This document shows positions 24,397 through 37,147 of a DNA stretch of 52,279 nt, one piece after another (position 1 is the first letter of the stretch; each line of letters begins with the position of its first letter). The stretch is from a virus (lineage: Duplodnaviria > Caudoviricetes). The DNA lies in IMG/VR virus record IMGVR_UViG_3300033420_000007, positions 1 to 52,279 of that record. One strand, given 5' to 3'. Both the position numbers and the translations under genes were made by a program. The notes under the pieces were generated by a model. That model searched no databases, was not told where the DNA came from, and saw nothing but the letters and a program-made list of their open reading frames with translations.

Positions 24397-24828
24397 TTAT
24401 TTACCTAACTCGTATTGAGCTTTTCGTCTTAATTTTCAGATTACATCAAGGTAATCAATAAGTTTATTTTGAGTAACTAAGTCCATTTCTTCTCAAGAAA
24501 CTTTTACCATAGTTTTTAATACTCATTCCATAAACATTAAATCATTATATACTATTTCTAATCAAACTCTAATTTCTGGAACTGAATCAAGTTGTTCTAT
24601 TGAACTTCAAGCGATAGCTTCTTTTAGATTACAAGGTGTTTTATATCAAAGGATATTACATCTTTCTTTAATCCAGTCTACGGCATCATTTCAGAAGAAA
24701 CTATAAACTTCATTTAAAAAAGGATGTATGGAAATGAAGCCTTCGCCACGGCAATCAGTATGTAAACAATGGATTTTATAGTCAAGATTCAAAAAATGTG
24801 ATAACAATACTGGTAGTAATTTTTCCAT
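24397..24828 (-). CDS. dps: Dps-family mini-ferritin (143 aa)
   Basis: KIHCLHTDCRGEGFISIHPFLNEVY...VDWIKERCNILG...DLVTQNKLIDYL..GKLRWK matches the Dps ferroxidase pattern (H, H, DxxxER, D..T, W). Confidence 0.75.
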
Positions 24829-24848
24829 TTGTAAAGTATTTAAATTTA

Positions 24849-24941
24849 TAAAAAAGCCAACATAACATTAAAGTTCGCTGGCTCTCAAAAGAAGCTCTAT
24901 ATAAATTGTGCGTATTATAACTTATTTTATTATTTTTGCAA
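24849..24941 (-). promoter_or_regulatory. Late promoter plus GAGC/leader-terminator module, copy B
   Basis: TTGCAA-N16-TATAATACGC, then GAGCTTC..GAGAGCCAGCG..TGTTGGCTTTTT; homologous to 45570-45675. Confidence 0.7.
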
Positions 24942-24951
24942 TAGAATTATA

Positions 24952-25059
24952 TTATGAAGTTATTGTTAATGTTATGGTTGAGCTATTAACACTTCAAAGA
25001 GTTGGTATAGTCGCCATTCTCACTATATCTCAAGTTTTCTTTTTACCTTTACACACCAT
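24952..25059 (-). CDS. Very small ORF (35 aa)
   Basis: ATG with the typical upstream motif; fills the intergenic gap. Confidence 0.35.
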
Positions 25060-25073
25060 TTTAAACTATATTA

Positions 25074-25667
25074 TTAAACTAAAGGATTAACTAATGCTGT
25101 ATCTCGTGTAGCTGATATATTTAAGTAATCTACTTGTGATATTCAAAAATTATTATATAAATTAGTATCAAATGAAATAGTATCTGTTGCAGCACAAGAA
25201 ATATCTCTAGTAATTGAAAATGTTTGTGTTTCTGTTCCTCATCAAGGAGCAGCGATAGATTTTCAGATATTGAATAAAGCTCAAGTATTTGCTCAGTTTT
25301 TCTTAAAATAAATATTATCATCACCAAGAACTTGTCTTAATATTCAAGCATCATTTTGACTTCCAGTAACGGTAATTGAAGCTTGTACTTTAAATCTATA
25401 TGTACCCGCTTTATTTATTATATAACTAGCACTTCATACTCATACAGTTCATCAAGATGTATTATTTACAACCGGACTACCAACTGTAACAATATCTTTT
25501 TGTGCTACACTATATGTGGTTCACGCAACAATTCATATATCAGTTCATCAAATTCAAGGCAATTCTTGTGTAGTCATAGGAGTATCAGGTCATTGGTATA
25601 TAAGAGCCTCTCATACTACTGGAGTATTTAGGTCTATTCATCTTGCTTTTAAAGTGGTCTTTGGCAT
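25074..25667 (-). CDS. Putative short tail-fibre protein (197 aa)
   Basis: Open frame; fibre-like PVVGEALIYQG segment. Confidence 0.6.
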
Positions 25668-25673
25668 TTTTTA

Positions 25674-26318
25674 TTAGTTTTAGGGGTAAAATTTATATTT
25701 AGTTTTTCATTTAATGCTCTCTCTATTGTTCGTCAATAATATTTAATTCTTCTGGCTATTATCCTACTTGTTAATCAATATTGTTTTCATCGGTCTATCA
25801 TAGTTTTTGTAATTCAATTATAAGTTAATATATTAGTAGTTCTTTTATTATTTCATTGTTCTATATTAGTGGCTCGTCTACAATTTTCTTTGCAATAATT
25901 TCAGTTATTATCTATACGGTCTATAGATGTATAAGAATTATTCTTTTTATGTTCTAAATAACTTTCATACATATCATTTTTAAATTCTTCAAATGATGTT
26001 CGTAGCATCTTTATTCATCTTCATCAATATCATTTATATTCTTTATTGTTACTATCACTACACCTTTGTACCATACTATTATATATACGATAAAAAGGAT
26101 TATGAGTCATTCAATGTTTTTTATATTTAGTGTATTCACATTCTCAACAAGATTGTTTTCTTCAATGCATAAATATTCACTTCCTTATTGTAATTTTTCT
26201 ACCACAATCACATACACAATCTACATATAGAAACTTATCTTCTTTCACTCTGTATCACTCTTCTATACAAGTTAAATAATTAAACTTTTTTCATAATACA
26301 TAAATGGGTTTAAACATA
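25674..26318 (-). CDS. HNH homing endonuclease with N-terminal CxCxCG domain (214 aa)
   Basis: GKKFNYLTCIE, CVCDCG, KHGM, YGGRGIKMLWTSFEEF, SIDRIDNNGNYCKENCRWAT. Confidence 0.92.
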
Positions 26319-26459
26319 ATTATTTATAGTTATAGTATAAAATATATTTACTGGGAGGATAAGAGCTATAACCTTCTTATCCTATTACTCTCCGTCGAGA
26401 AACCGATTTATTATTTATTTTAGTTTTGTAGGCATAGGTTTATTTTTAAGGAATTAAAT

Positions 26460-27023
26460 TTAAGAGATTGAAAGTAATCATTGTAATAGTCTATATGGAT
26501 GTCGATACGCTATTCTTGTTCAGTAAATATAATTATTTCATCAGAATACTAAAGGATTAGTTATTAGTGTTCAAGTCGTTCATCATCATCAAGTCACTAC
26601 ATCTGTAAGTGAATTTAATTGTACTCATCAAGATGTAGAATTATAATATATAATATCTCAATCAAGATATACACTCGAAAAACTAGAACTAGCCGGTAAT
26701 ACAGACGGTGCGTAATATATCATACTTGATGCTCATGTTATTCAGTTTACTTTAAAAATTATCAATCATCTTAGAGTAGCACTTCAATTCATTCAAAAAC
26801 AATAAAAATTTCAGTTAGCTCTAACAACAGTACCATTTAATCCAAATGTGGTATTAGGTCAGTATAGTGCCTCTTCTTCTCATAAAAAATTTCAAGGTAT
26901 TGATGGTAAGTTTGGTCAACTAGAAAGACTTCAAACTACCCCAAATATATCTACTCCGTCTTTTATGTTAGTATCTATTAAATCAGCATCTTCAAAGTTT
27001 GATACTATTCCTTTTGTACTCAT
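26460..27023 (-). CDS. Putative tail-fibre-related protein (187 aa)
   Basis: LIDTNIKDGVDIFGVVGS motif typical of phage fibre proteins. Confidence 0.6.
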
Positions 27024-27079
27024 TTATTTTAAAAGTTTATTATATAAAGTCCGTCACCGGAAACGATGATGGAATATTA

Positions 27080-28684
27080 TTATCGGTTTTGTTTTATCCT
27101 AACTCTTATATTTGTAAATAATACTCATACATTTGTTGTTGTTACAGTATTTGCTTGTCGATGAAAATAATCAATTTGAGCAGGATTAGTAGCTAACCAA
27201 AAATTAATTCAGTCTACTGCTCAAGTAGTAGTTTTTATAACTAATCAACTTCGTCAAGATCATCAATATGTATATGTAAACATTAATGTATATCTTCATG
27301 CTTCTACATCAGCTTCTGTAACATTAAGATTATGTGTTATAACTATAGGAGAGCCTGTTCAATTAAATGGAGAAGATGTGTATATTACAGATGTATCTAA
27401 TCAAGTAGGACTCAAGAAGTTCTGTGTCTGACTAGCAAATAATACTATAGTATATGGTTGTCCTCAAGTTTCTACTGCCGTACTTGTTAAAGTAATTGTT
27501 CAAGCAGTTGCAACTCAAGTTACATTTCAAGCTGGAGGATTAGCTCAATCAAAATATACATTGAAAGGACTTGTTGCTAGTATATCAGTATCGTTTATTA
27601 TTGTAGTTAATCAAGCTGTCAATACTCAAGTAATAGTTTTAAATCAATACAAACTCTGTTGTTGAGTCGTGCTTAATGCTTTCAAGAATTTAAACTGCAT
27701 AAATGTATTAGCATCAGGAGTGTAAGTAAAGTTTATATCTTTTCCTGCAACGGTATAATCTTTTCAAACTCATAATAATCTAGGTAATTCTCAATCTACA
27801 AATATTAAGATAGAGTTTCAATCTATTGGTGTTTCTGAAAGTGTATAACTATTTTCAGCTCCTGTAAAAGTAAAGTCTTCTGAAACATAAGAGCCATTTA
27901 CAACTATTGTTCATCAACTATTTACTATAAAATTGTTAATATTTACAACTGTAGTATCTCATCAGATTATTGTAGTATTATTATATATTGCTCAGTTATC
28001 AGAATATATCCAAGTTCAAGCAGGTATTGTTTCAACAAAATTCCAAGTAATATTTCAAGCTACAACTGTTGCCGAATAAATATTTCAGATTTTTAATCAA
28101 TCCGAACAATCTTTAACATAGCATAATCGTCAGTCTAAAACTGTTTCTCAATCAATTAAAGTTGCAGTTGTTGCTGGTAAGTCATTTGCATTGTCATCAA
28201 AAATTATATCTACAAACTTTGTCCCATTTCAACTTCAACCTCCTCATCACATATTTAAGAACATTCTTCTATCCATTATATAAGCATCTGTTCCTGTATC
28301 ATTTACTTTATCATATATTGCTGTAGAATTTTGTCTGAAATAAATCGCAGCTACAGGTAAATTTCCTGTTGGTAATGTTGGCTCAACTGGAGAACCAGCC
28401 TCAACTCAAGGAGTTACAACTACGACTCATAAAGCATTTATACTTATTAAATCTATTCTCTCGTTTACTACAGGAGCTACAAATGGTCATACAACTTGTG
28501 TTGATATATCTAATCTAACTCAAGTATCTGTATAAAAAAATCATTCTTCAAGAGTTAAGTTTAAATCTACAAATAAACTTTCACGAGCTAGAAAATATGA
28601 AGCTGCTCTTGCATCTTCTCTTAATAAATTATATTGCCTAGCGGTTGCTATGTCTAATCAAGGTATGACAGGTATTGTTCTCAT
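27080..28684 (-). CDS. Baseplate-proximal tail fibre protein (534 aa)
   Basis: NERIDLISINALGVVVVTPG...PVGPTLP..LPVAAI N-terminal fibre motif; follows the baseplate genes. Confidence 0.7.
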
Positions 28685-28704
28685 TTTTTACATAATTTTA
28701 GAAA

Positions 28705-29184
28705 TTAAATTATAACATTTACTACTGATACAGTTCGTTCTATTGTAAGAACCTCTGTTGTTAATTTTACTACTGGTACTGCGAATATTGAGTGAGCTAA
28801 TAGACTTCCACTTCCGTTTATTCCTGTAGCTGTACTATCTAAAAATAATCAAGCCTCATTAAAAGTTCAAGCAAAACCTATAGGAAATCTAGCGTATACT
28901 TTAACTACATTATCTGTAAGTACTGTATCAGCTACTTTTATAGGTTGTCTTTGTATCTCATTTCAAAGAGCTATATCACTTTCTGCTGCAGGGATTACAC
29001 TATCGCCTATAGCGATATACTTAGCAAATCATAAATCAGCTGTTGTATTATCAACTAATCTTCTTGCTATACTAGACCTACCCTTTAAACAGGTTATATT
29101 TGGATATTCGTACTCTTTTTTTTCTCAGTTCTCGCTTTCCAAAATAATTTTTACCTTGTTCGAGATTGTAAACAAATTTCTCAT
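28705..29184 (-). CDS. Tail-collar/fibre-attachment protein (159 aa)
   Basis: YIAIGDS...SDIALGNEIQR...FNEAGLF...LTIEWT. Confidence 0.75.
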
Positions 29185-29206
29185 ATTTGCAATATATAAT
29201 ATAAAA

Positions 29207-29881
29207 TTAGCTCCAGTAACCTCAATCAATATAGCTTCATCAGAACCAAATAACATCTGTAGGAGCAGGTACTCAATCAATAGCCCAAATAAATGCGTTA
29301 TTGTTAGATGATGATAGTTCTGCTTTTATACCTATAGCATCTTTAACTGGTTTTGTTCTTCATATAGCTAATGTACAATGTGCTGGATGTACTTCATTAA
29401 GGATAGTTATTAATCAAGCAACATCAAGTGTAGGGCTAGGGTCATACAAATCTACAAAATAAGTCCAAGTATCATCAACATCAAATGGTGTTTCTGTCCA
29501 AAGTTCTATAAGTTTATATGTATCTGGTCAACCTCAAGTGAAACTTTCTATTACTGTTCTTATGTTTGCTATAGTTGCAGGGTTACCTGATAATTTTGAC
29601 AAAACTCTGGCTCTTCTAACTTCCAAACTTAATGTTGGATTAACTGGTATTTTAAGGAAAGTTTCTCGTTCTAATATTCAATCCACATCTGATGTGGTAG
29701 CCTCCAATCTTAATACAGCATCTTTTATTCAAGTAAATAGATTAGAAATAGCAAACACCCTAACATAATCATAATTCCAAGTAAGGCTATTTTCTTCAAA
29801 CGCCATAAACCTCAATCAAGTAGGGTATACTGATTGTAGGTAGTCTAATAGGTTTCTTTCATCCGTTGTTAGTACTGGCAT
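29207..29881 (-). CDS. Baseplate wedge protein, YmfQ/DUF2313/gpI-like (224 aa)
   Basis: Ends with the EVHPAHC motif; follows baseplate J. Confidence 0.75.
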
Positions 29882-29893
29882 TTTAGTATTTAA

Positions 29894-31330
29894 TTATAAA
29901 AATGTTATTACTGCAGTTCAAGTTACCGCCATTGCGTTTACAGGTAGGTTTGTGTTGACAATTGGAGAATTTAATGTATAATCTATAACCCCAAGCGTAT
30001 CATGAATCGCGTTCTCAATACCTACTTTATAGACTACTCATCATACTGGAATAGATTTAAAATAATTTGTTATTGAATCCTGTATAGCTGTAATTAAATA
30101 TGCTTGTGAATATCCTGTATCGTAAGTTATTATAGTTATATCATAATCAATATCTTGTGTAGCTGGTGCGACTACTGTAATATTGTCGCAAGGTGCTCTA
30201 TTTTCATCTCTAGTTACTGTTGCTAATACATCAGCTAGTAATTGTGCATCAGGTATTCAGCTACCACTAGAAGATGTAATTACTATCTCTATTTCGTTTC
30301 TGAAAGCTCCTCAAGTAGGTATAGTCACGGTAGCTGTAGCTACTCATGGAACAGCTTGACAAGTCTGACTATATCAAGATATTGTAACTTTTCAAGTGTT
30401 TGTACTCAATACCTCTGAAATTCTTTCTCTATAAGTTTCGTCATCTTCTTCGTCACTTCCACCTGTTGTTTCTGCTGTATTTGTTACATATTCTACTCAA
30501 ACTGGTTTATTTATAAATTCTACTATAGTGTTTGGTGCTGTATTTCAGAACCCTCAACCTGATGTACATTCTACTGGTATCATTACCTCAGTTCAACCTG
30601 TTTCATTTGTAGCCGGTGGTGTTTGTGTTTGTATAGAACTTCCTACTGTATCAATATAAGACGGTCATACTGTAGCGTGTAGAAACACGAAATCTGAACC
30701 ATTGTAAATATACACATTATATCAAATAGAGTTAGGTACTGATGCCCAAGTTAAAGATATTACATTTGTAGTCAATCAGTTAGAAATTGTTACTGATAAT
30801 TCAGGTGAAGCATCTGTTTCTACATTATCTCAAGTAATAGCTGTTATTTTATATCTGTAAGTTCAGTCTGGTATAAGTCCTCAAGTAGTTTGTGTTGTGT
30901 ATACTGGAGCTGGTGGAGTAGATATACTTCAAAATAATATGGCTTCGTTTATTGTATAATAAGATACTACTTTTCAGTCTAATCAAATAGGTTGTGTTGA
31001 TACTAGTGTTCATTGGTCTATTGTATAGTTAGTTGTAGCCTTTGTTGACCTTCAAAAAGTAACTCGTCATTTAGAAGCTGTAGAAACTAATCTTACTACT
31101 CATCTATCTTTTCATAAATTAGAAAGCTCATCTCAATTTGCATAAGCAAGAAATGCGTTATTTATCAAAGTCACCATATCATATTGTAGTAAGTAAGCAA
31201 CTTCCGCATAAGCCGCAGCATCCATATAGACCATACTATCAGTACTGATATTTATATTAGGTTCTACTTCTTTCCATTTTTGTAATTGTATATCAATCCA
31301 ATCTTGCATTGATTTTGTAGTAACTAGCAT
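29894..31330 (-). CDS. Baseplate J/gp47-like protein with an inserted domain (478 aa)
   Basis: GDELSNLG, VECTSGGGFGN, TGGSDEEDDETYRERI, GVIDYTLN. Confidence 0.88.
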
Positions 31331-31342
31331 ATCCCGAGTTTT

Positions 31343-31741
31343 TTAACTTATAAAATTTGTGACTTCAACAACTATAGTACCAGAGAAAGTTCATAATGTC
31401 ATTATAACCTCAACATATATAGTTGTATCAACTCTATCTATAATTTTAACTGAATCAATAGTTTGTATTCTTCAATCTTGTATCATAGGTAATAGTGAAT
31501 GGTTTACATAAGAACTCATTTGACTATCAGTGACTTTTTGTACAGGTGTGGTTTTCATAATAGCTAATAATTCACTCCCAAAACTATCGTCAAATTTCCA
31601 AGATTCTGTTAATGATTTTACCCTATTTTGTGCCGCCTGTAAGATATTCTCATCTCAAAGTACAACAGTAAAATCTCAAGTTTCTGTTAAACTCATTGTA
31701 TCTCAACCAACTAATGCTTTATCAACTAATGAATCTACCAT
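31343..31741 (-). CDS. Baseplate gp25/gpW-like sheath initiator (132 aa)
   Basis: GDENILQAAQNRV...FGSEL...DGRIQTI. Confidence 0.8.
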
Positions 31742-31743
31742 TT

Positions 31744-32079
31744 TTAATTTGAGTATAATTTAAATTGTGAAGCTACCATATTTGCGTTTCAACCTGCCTC
31801 ATCTGCTACAGGTACTAAATCTCAATCCAAAGCACAATTAAATCCCACTTGCAATTTACCCGTTCCTATCACTCATACACTATGGTCACGATAATCTGTT
31901 GGAACTCATAATACTATGGCGTGAGGATGTGCTGGGAAATAGACTATGTCAGCGTTTCTTGAGACCGACACACCCGTCACGAAAGCCTTATGATTACTAC
32001 TTATCATTCAAGTAATATTGTTTCAAAGTATATCAGTGTGTCATAAAGCCGAATCTCAATTTTGGATAACTTGTTTCAT
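31744..32079 (-). CDS. PAAR-like spike-tip protein (111 aa)
   Basis: Three xxxxGD-type repeats with His clusters (HPH, DH); follows the spike gene. Confidence 0.6.
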
Positions 32080-32095
32080 TTATTTTTATTAATAT

Positions 32096-32581
32096 TTAAA
32101 CAACATGAACAGTAGGTGCATTCAATTCTATATCTACATCAGATTTTAAAGTTATTTTTCAAGTACAATCTACTATCATCTGTCAGTCTTGTTGTATTAG
32201 TACACTAGCTTTTACTGTTCAATTTACATCAAGTGTTTGTATCTCTATTTCATTATCTTTATTTACTTTTAATTTAGCTTGCATTTTATATGAACTATTT
32301 TGTCAGCTTTGATTAAGTGTTCATCAATGCAACATCGCCTCTCAGGGCAATAAATTTAAGTCAAACTGTTCTAATACTCATAATACTACTATCTCAGCGT
32401 TATAGATTTCACATATAGCTACTACATCTCATATTCTAGGTAAAGAACTTAATCATCTTGGCATAAGTACTTCACAGTTTTGGTATTCAGCGTTTGTTAT
32501 TATTCATTTAACGTGGCAAAGTTGAGCTCACTTATCGTCATCTTTAAATACTGATGTTATTTTTCAATACTCTATTCTCAT
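32096..32581 (-). CDS. Baseplate spike, gpV/Mu gp45-like (161 aa)
   Basis: GLSSLPRIGDVV OB-fold motif; LLPGEAML; beta-helix C-terminus. Confidence 0.8.
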
Positions 32582-32582
32582 C

Positions 32583-33647
32583 TTAGCTTGATAATTTAAT
32601 AAATGGAGCTACTGTTATCTTAGTTATTGATTTATTACTGGTATCAAATTTATAGTTAATCTCCTTTACCCGCATATTTTGAGCTATTTTTTCTGATTCA
32701 ATATCAACTCTAATTACATCTAGTATCTTTATATCCTGAATTCCAAATAATTCAATAGTAAGTGTACATTTCATATCAGATTCTCTTAATAAATTCAGTG
32801 TAGACGTTCATAATTCAGCTTTATCTTTTGCAGGAGTAAGCACATTTCATACTCTATTAAGTTTGTACCCTCTCATTGTACATCTATTCCTTATCCTACT
32901 TGCGTAAGAACCTGATGTAAGCTGTGTATTTTTTAGTCAGCTCTTTGCCTGTGCTTTTCATTTCCCTGATGTATATGTGAATCAATTTACTATACTTCTT
33001 ACTGCTGTAATATCCTCTGATATATCAACGGTCATTATTCTATCTTGATTCAAGTAGAATTTCTCGTCATCAACATTAAGGAAATATTGAGGTCAGGTAT
33101 TCAATCAAGTCTCATCTTCTGGTCGTGGTTTCTTATAAATAGTATTTCAGCGTTTATATATTAAGAAATCATTGAATTTACATATATCTTCTATCACTTG
33201 ACCAATCCTTACACTTTTACCTGAAACAGAGTACTCCTTAATTTTCTTACCTGTCCCAAGCGACATATCTCGGCTATAATCTTTCAATAATAATTTTATA
33301 ATATCGTTGTCTATGTAATTTTTAAATGGTCATATATTTGGTGATACATCTGTCTCTGTTAACACTACTATCTCTTCTCTTCCTGAACAGGTCATTGTAC
33401 TTCATATATTAGCATATTTTACTTGCTTGTTTTCTATTATCCCTCTAAATATTAATACCCCCTGTGAGTATATTTCTACTAAAGCTCAAACAGGGACAGT
33501 AGTAGAGGACATTCATTTATAATTATTAAACTCTATATTAAAGGTATCAACAAATTTCTCTAGTGAAAAAGATACATCAAACGCTTTGAAGTTATCATTC
33601 TTTTTTCAATTGATATGTACCTCTAAAGGTAGTTGTAAATCTGTCAT
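32583..33647 (-). CDS. Baseplate hub, Mu gpP/gpD-like (354 aa)
   Basis: N-terminal FDVSFSLEKFVDTF and TCSGRE; position in the module. Confidence 0.75.
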
Positions 33648-33654
33648 TTTTTAT

Positions 33655-34623
33655 TTAAAATCATCAAATAGAACCAGCTCATCAAAAAGTTCATCAACCA
33701 AAACTTCAAGAGTTAGATGCTGGTGGTATAATTAAAACATCTCAAGTCTTTATATTTAATGCTCATTTCCAAGGTCAAACTTTAACTCAAGGTTTCGCTA
33801 ATGGATTAGGCGAAGTACCCCAACTTCATCAACCACCTCATCAACTAGCTGTTTTATTAGCTTCTCATAATTGTGCTATACTCATACCATATTTTTCACA
33901 AATACCACAAGCTGTTTCTCAAGGTTTTACAGTATGTGTTTTCTTCTTGGTGTTTGTAAGGCTTATTTTATTATTTTCTCCCGTAGGTACTGCTGTATAT
34001 CTTCATAATGCACAAGCTCTTATTCAAGCATCATACAATAACCATTCAGCATTAACTATTGGGTCACTTCAAGCCACAATATATCAGTCTACTAATGCTT
34101 GATAAAGCAAGTCACAAGTTGGATATTTTAGTTTTTTTGTATAGTAATCACTTACAGGTCTTATATTTATTGCTGGATATAGTTTATCTAAATTCTTATT
34201 CCATCAGCTGAAACTAAACTCCCAAAATTCTACATCATAACTAAAGTTAGGTATAGGGTCATTATTAGAATCTCATTCAATCTCATCTCATATTTGATTT
34301 ACTTTAAGACTATGTATGATACACATAAAAGTTCAAAGCAAAGGATGTACTAGTAGTCAAGGTTTATTATCATTTAATGAGAATAGTTTTTTTACATACT
34401 GCTCAGGTGTTAAATTATCAGCATAAACTCAAGATTCAGTTGCGAATGTTCAAGACATATTCATCACTCTATAATTCAATACTCTTTCGTGCAAAGCTCC
34501 ATTCATTCAAGCATATTCGTATGTTGCAACTTTAGCATTTTCATCAATAGAAAAACTCTTAATAGAGAGTGGGAACTCAAATCATTTTCGTATAATATTA
34601 AGTTGATTGTTCTGATTTAACAT
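33655..34623 (-). CDS. Mu gpN-like DNA-circulation domain plus LysM; Gly-rich C-terminus (322 aa)
   Basis: YEYAG, PGLLVHPLLG, HTVKPGETACGICEKYG; ends GSFGGGTFGGAGSIGGF. Confidence 0.8.
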
Positions 34624-36830
34624 TATTTATTAAACATAGAACTAAAACCTAGCTTTGGAACATTGAATCAATTTCAAGCACTTCAAGCTGATGTAGTATT
34701 GACACTCACATTATTAGTTCAAGGTACAGATACTGTGCTTGATACTAAATTTCAATCCATATATACATTTGTTATTGCTTGTGGTTTTTTATTTAAATCA
34801 GATAATAAACTATTAGTTTTTAGTGTTTCTGATGCTCATAAATTTATACCTCAAGGTATATTGTTTTTTCACTTTAAGTAATCTACTGGTGCATTTCAAA
34901 TAGATTTATTCTTATCTGTATCTATTCAAAAAAAGTTATTTAATTTTTCATTTGTACTTCTTTCTGTTTCTTTATCTATTTTATTCATATTAGCACTAGC
35001 CGTATTATATCACTCTCAACTTACTATATCCTTTATAAATCATACTCTACTTTTTATTGTAGAAGTTAATCAAGACATTCAAATTCATAATATTTTTAGT
35101 ATAGGGGCTACTATATCTATTATAGGTCATAAGATACTTCATATATCTGTAAATATACTATAAACATCACCTAATCATTTTGCTAAAGATGTTGCTCATT
35201 CAATAGCATTATTAAAAAATTTAGTAGCATCATCTGAAATTAATCGATTCGCCATAGATTCTAGTTTATCTATCACTGGTCATAATGCAGGATTCATTCA
35301 TTCTATATTAGCTCTTGCCTCAGCAAAAGCTGCCGCCATTCAGTTTTTATCATATCATTTTCAAGATAGTGCTCAACTAGCCATATCAAGGAATACTCAT
35401 AAAGCTGGCGATAACGCATCTCATATTTTTGTAATACTATTTCTAGCACTTTGCATAAACTTATCTCGTTTCGCACCAAATCATCACATAACTATATTAT
35501 ATTTTTCTTGTCGTAAATCCATTTCATCAGAAAATTGGTCACCCGATATTTCTCATAAATCTCTTTTCTTTTTAAGGTCTGCCATTTTCTTTTCAATAGC
35601 ATCAAGCTTAGTAAGTATTTTTACATAGTCTTTATCTCATAACAAAGTTCATAATGCTTGTGATACCTCACTTCTTCAACCTGACAATGCAGTAATAAAC
35701 GCATTTTTTGCTGACTTACCCATTCATTTTGTTTTCTCTTCTATCATTTTTAATGATTCTAACTCTCATCTTGCTTTTCAAGATTTTTTATCATACATTA
35801 TCTCTCAAAAATCAGCACCAGTCATGCTCTTAAGTCTCTTGTATTCCTCATCTGTTACTCAAAATGCTTTAGCTGAACCTTCTTTAATTCTCTTTATTTG
35901 GTTTTCAAAATTGAATGCTTGTTTTATACCTTGTGTGAAAAATCTTGTTAATGCTTTAGTGTAATTACCTGCTACATCTACTGTTTGTGTTAATGTTAAT
36001 TTTGCAAATGTACTCATTGCTGCAGCTTGCGAAAAAGAAGCTCTTTCAGCGAACTCTCAGAATTTTCAAAACTGGTTAACATACTCCTCCATTGTTCATC
36101 TTCAAGTATCAAGTGTTGCAGACATCATACTCATCGCATTCCTCCAATCCATGATGTCATTTACGTTTCACTTGAACGCTTTGATATAAACTAATCAAGC
36201 ATTTCACATAGCCTCTGAATCTGAGCCTGTACCTATCGCTGTTTTAGAAATTATTTCTTGTATTTTTATAGTTTCTTTTAACTGGTCGTTGTATGCTTTA
36301 GTTCACTCTGCAGCTGTTGGTCAAACTCAAGTAGAGAAAAGCTGTGTCATTGATTTAGTGATATTTTCTACCTTATCTCAAGTAGTATTTGATAAATCAA
36401 AAAGAGAGTCCTTCATCATTTTAATTGACTTAGGGTCTTTAAGATATGCAGTTGCTTGTAATAAAGAAAACTCTTTTGAAAATGATTTTAAATTATCTAT
36501 ACTTCATACTAATCAGATACCTCATACTATACTCATAAATCACATTACTTGTCTTCAAACATTTAATACGCTACTTCATACTGTTCTTAATACTCAACTA
36601 ACACCAGAAAATGCTGTCTTCATTTTATTTCAAGCTGTAGACGATGTATTTCATAGTGTATTAAAATGTGATGCAGATGTATTTACTGATGAACTGACTC
36701 AACTAAGTGTACCTTTCATAGTCTGAAAATGCTTACTAAGTTCCTCTGCGGACTTAGATAATCAGTTTAACGCTGTTTTTGCAGCATTAACATCAATCGC
36801 TACTTTTACATCTAATCATTTTGATACCAT
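34623..36830 (-). CDS. Tape measure protein (735 aa)
   Basis: Long Ala/Gly-rich helical ORF between the chaperone and LysM genes; LGTLFGD-type TP901 motif. Confidence 0.85.
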
Positions 36831-36841
36831 AATTTACATAA

Positions 36842-37147
36842 TTATTTTGATGAAGATTTCATTCGTTTGTCTAACTCTTCTTTTGGATTTTTTCATTCCT
36901 CTAATGCCTTTTCTACTATCCTTTGTTTCTCCTCGAATTTCTTATCTACGTATTTTTTGGTTTCAGACTTATCCCCACCTTTGGCAGATTCGTACGCTTC
37001 TTCTTCTCGTCAGCGTTTGATTTGTTCACAGGCATAGATGTAGTACCATTGTCATTCAGTAATGTCCTCATATCTTTTACCATATATTCTAATAGCTTTC
37101 TGAGCGTGGAGGTACTTAAAGACATCCCGATTTGTGATTTTTTTTTT
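36842..37147 (-). CDS. -1 frameshift extension of the tail chaperone (gpGT-like)
   Basis: The -1 frame after the A10 run (37138-37147) is open under code 25 to the TAA at 36842. Confidence 0.75.

Noticed and set aside
9832-26420. Group I introns or ribozymes around the HNH genes
   Set aside because: The flanks are only about 100 nt, with no recognisable P7 core or exon continuity; a formal Infernal search was not possible
27051-27072. Hairpin CCATCATCG-TTTC-CGGTGACGG as an ncRNA
   Set aside because: A single short stem; more likely a weak terminator or processing site
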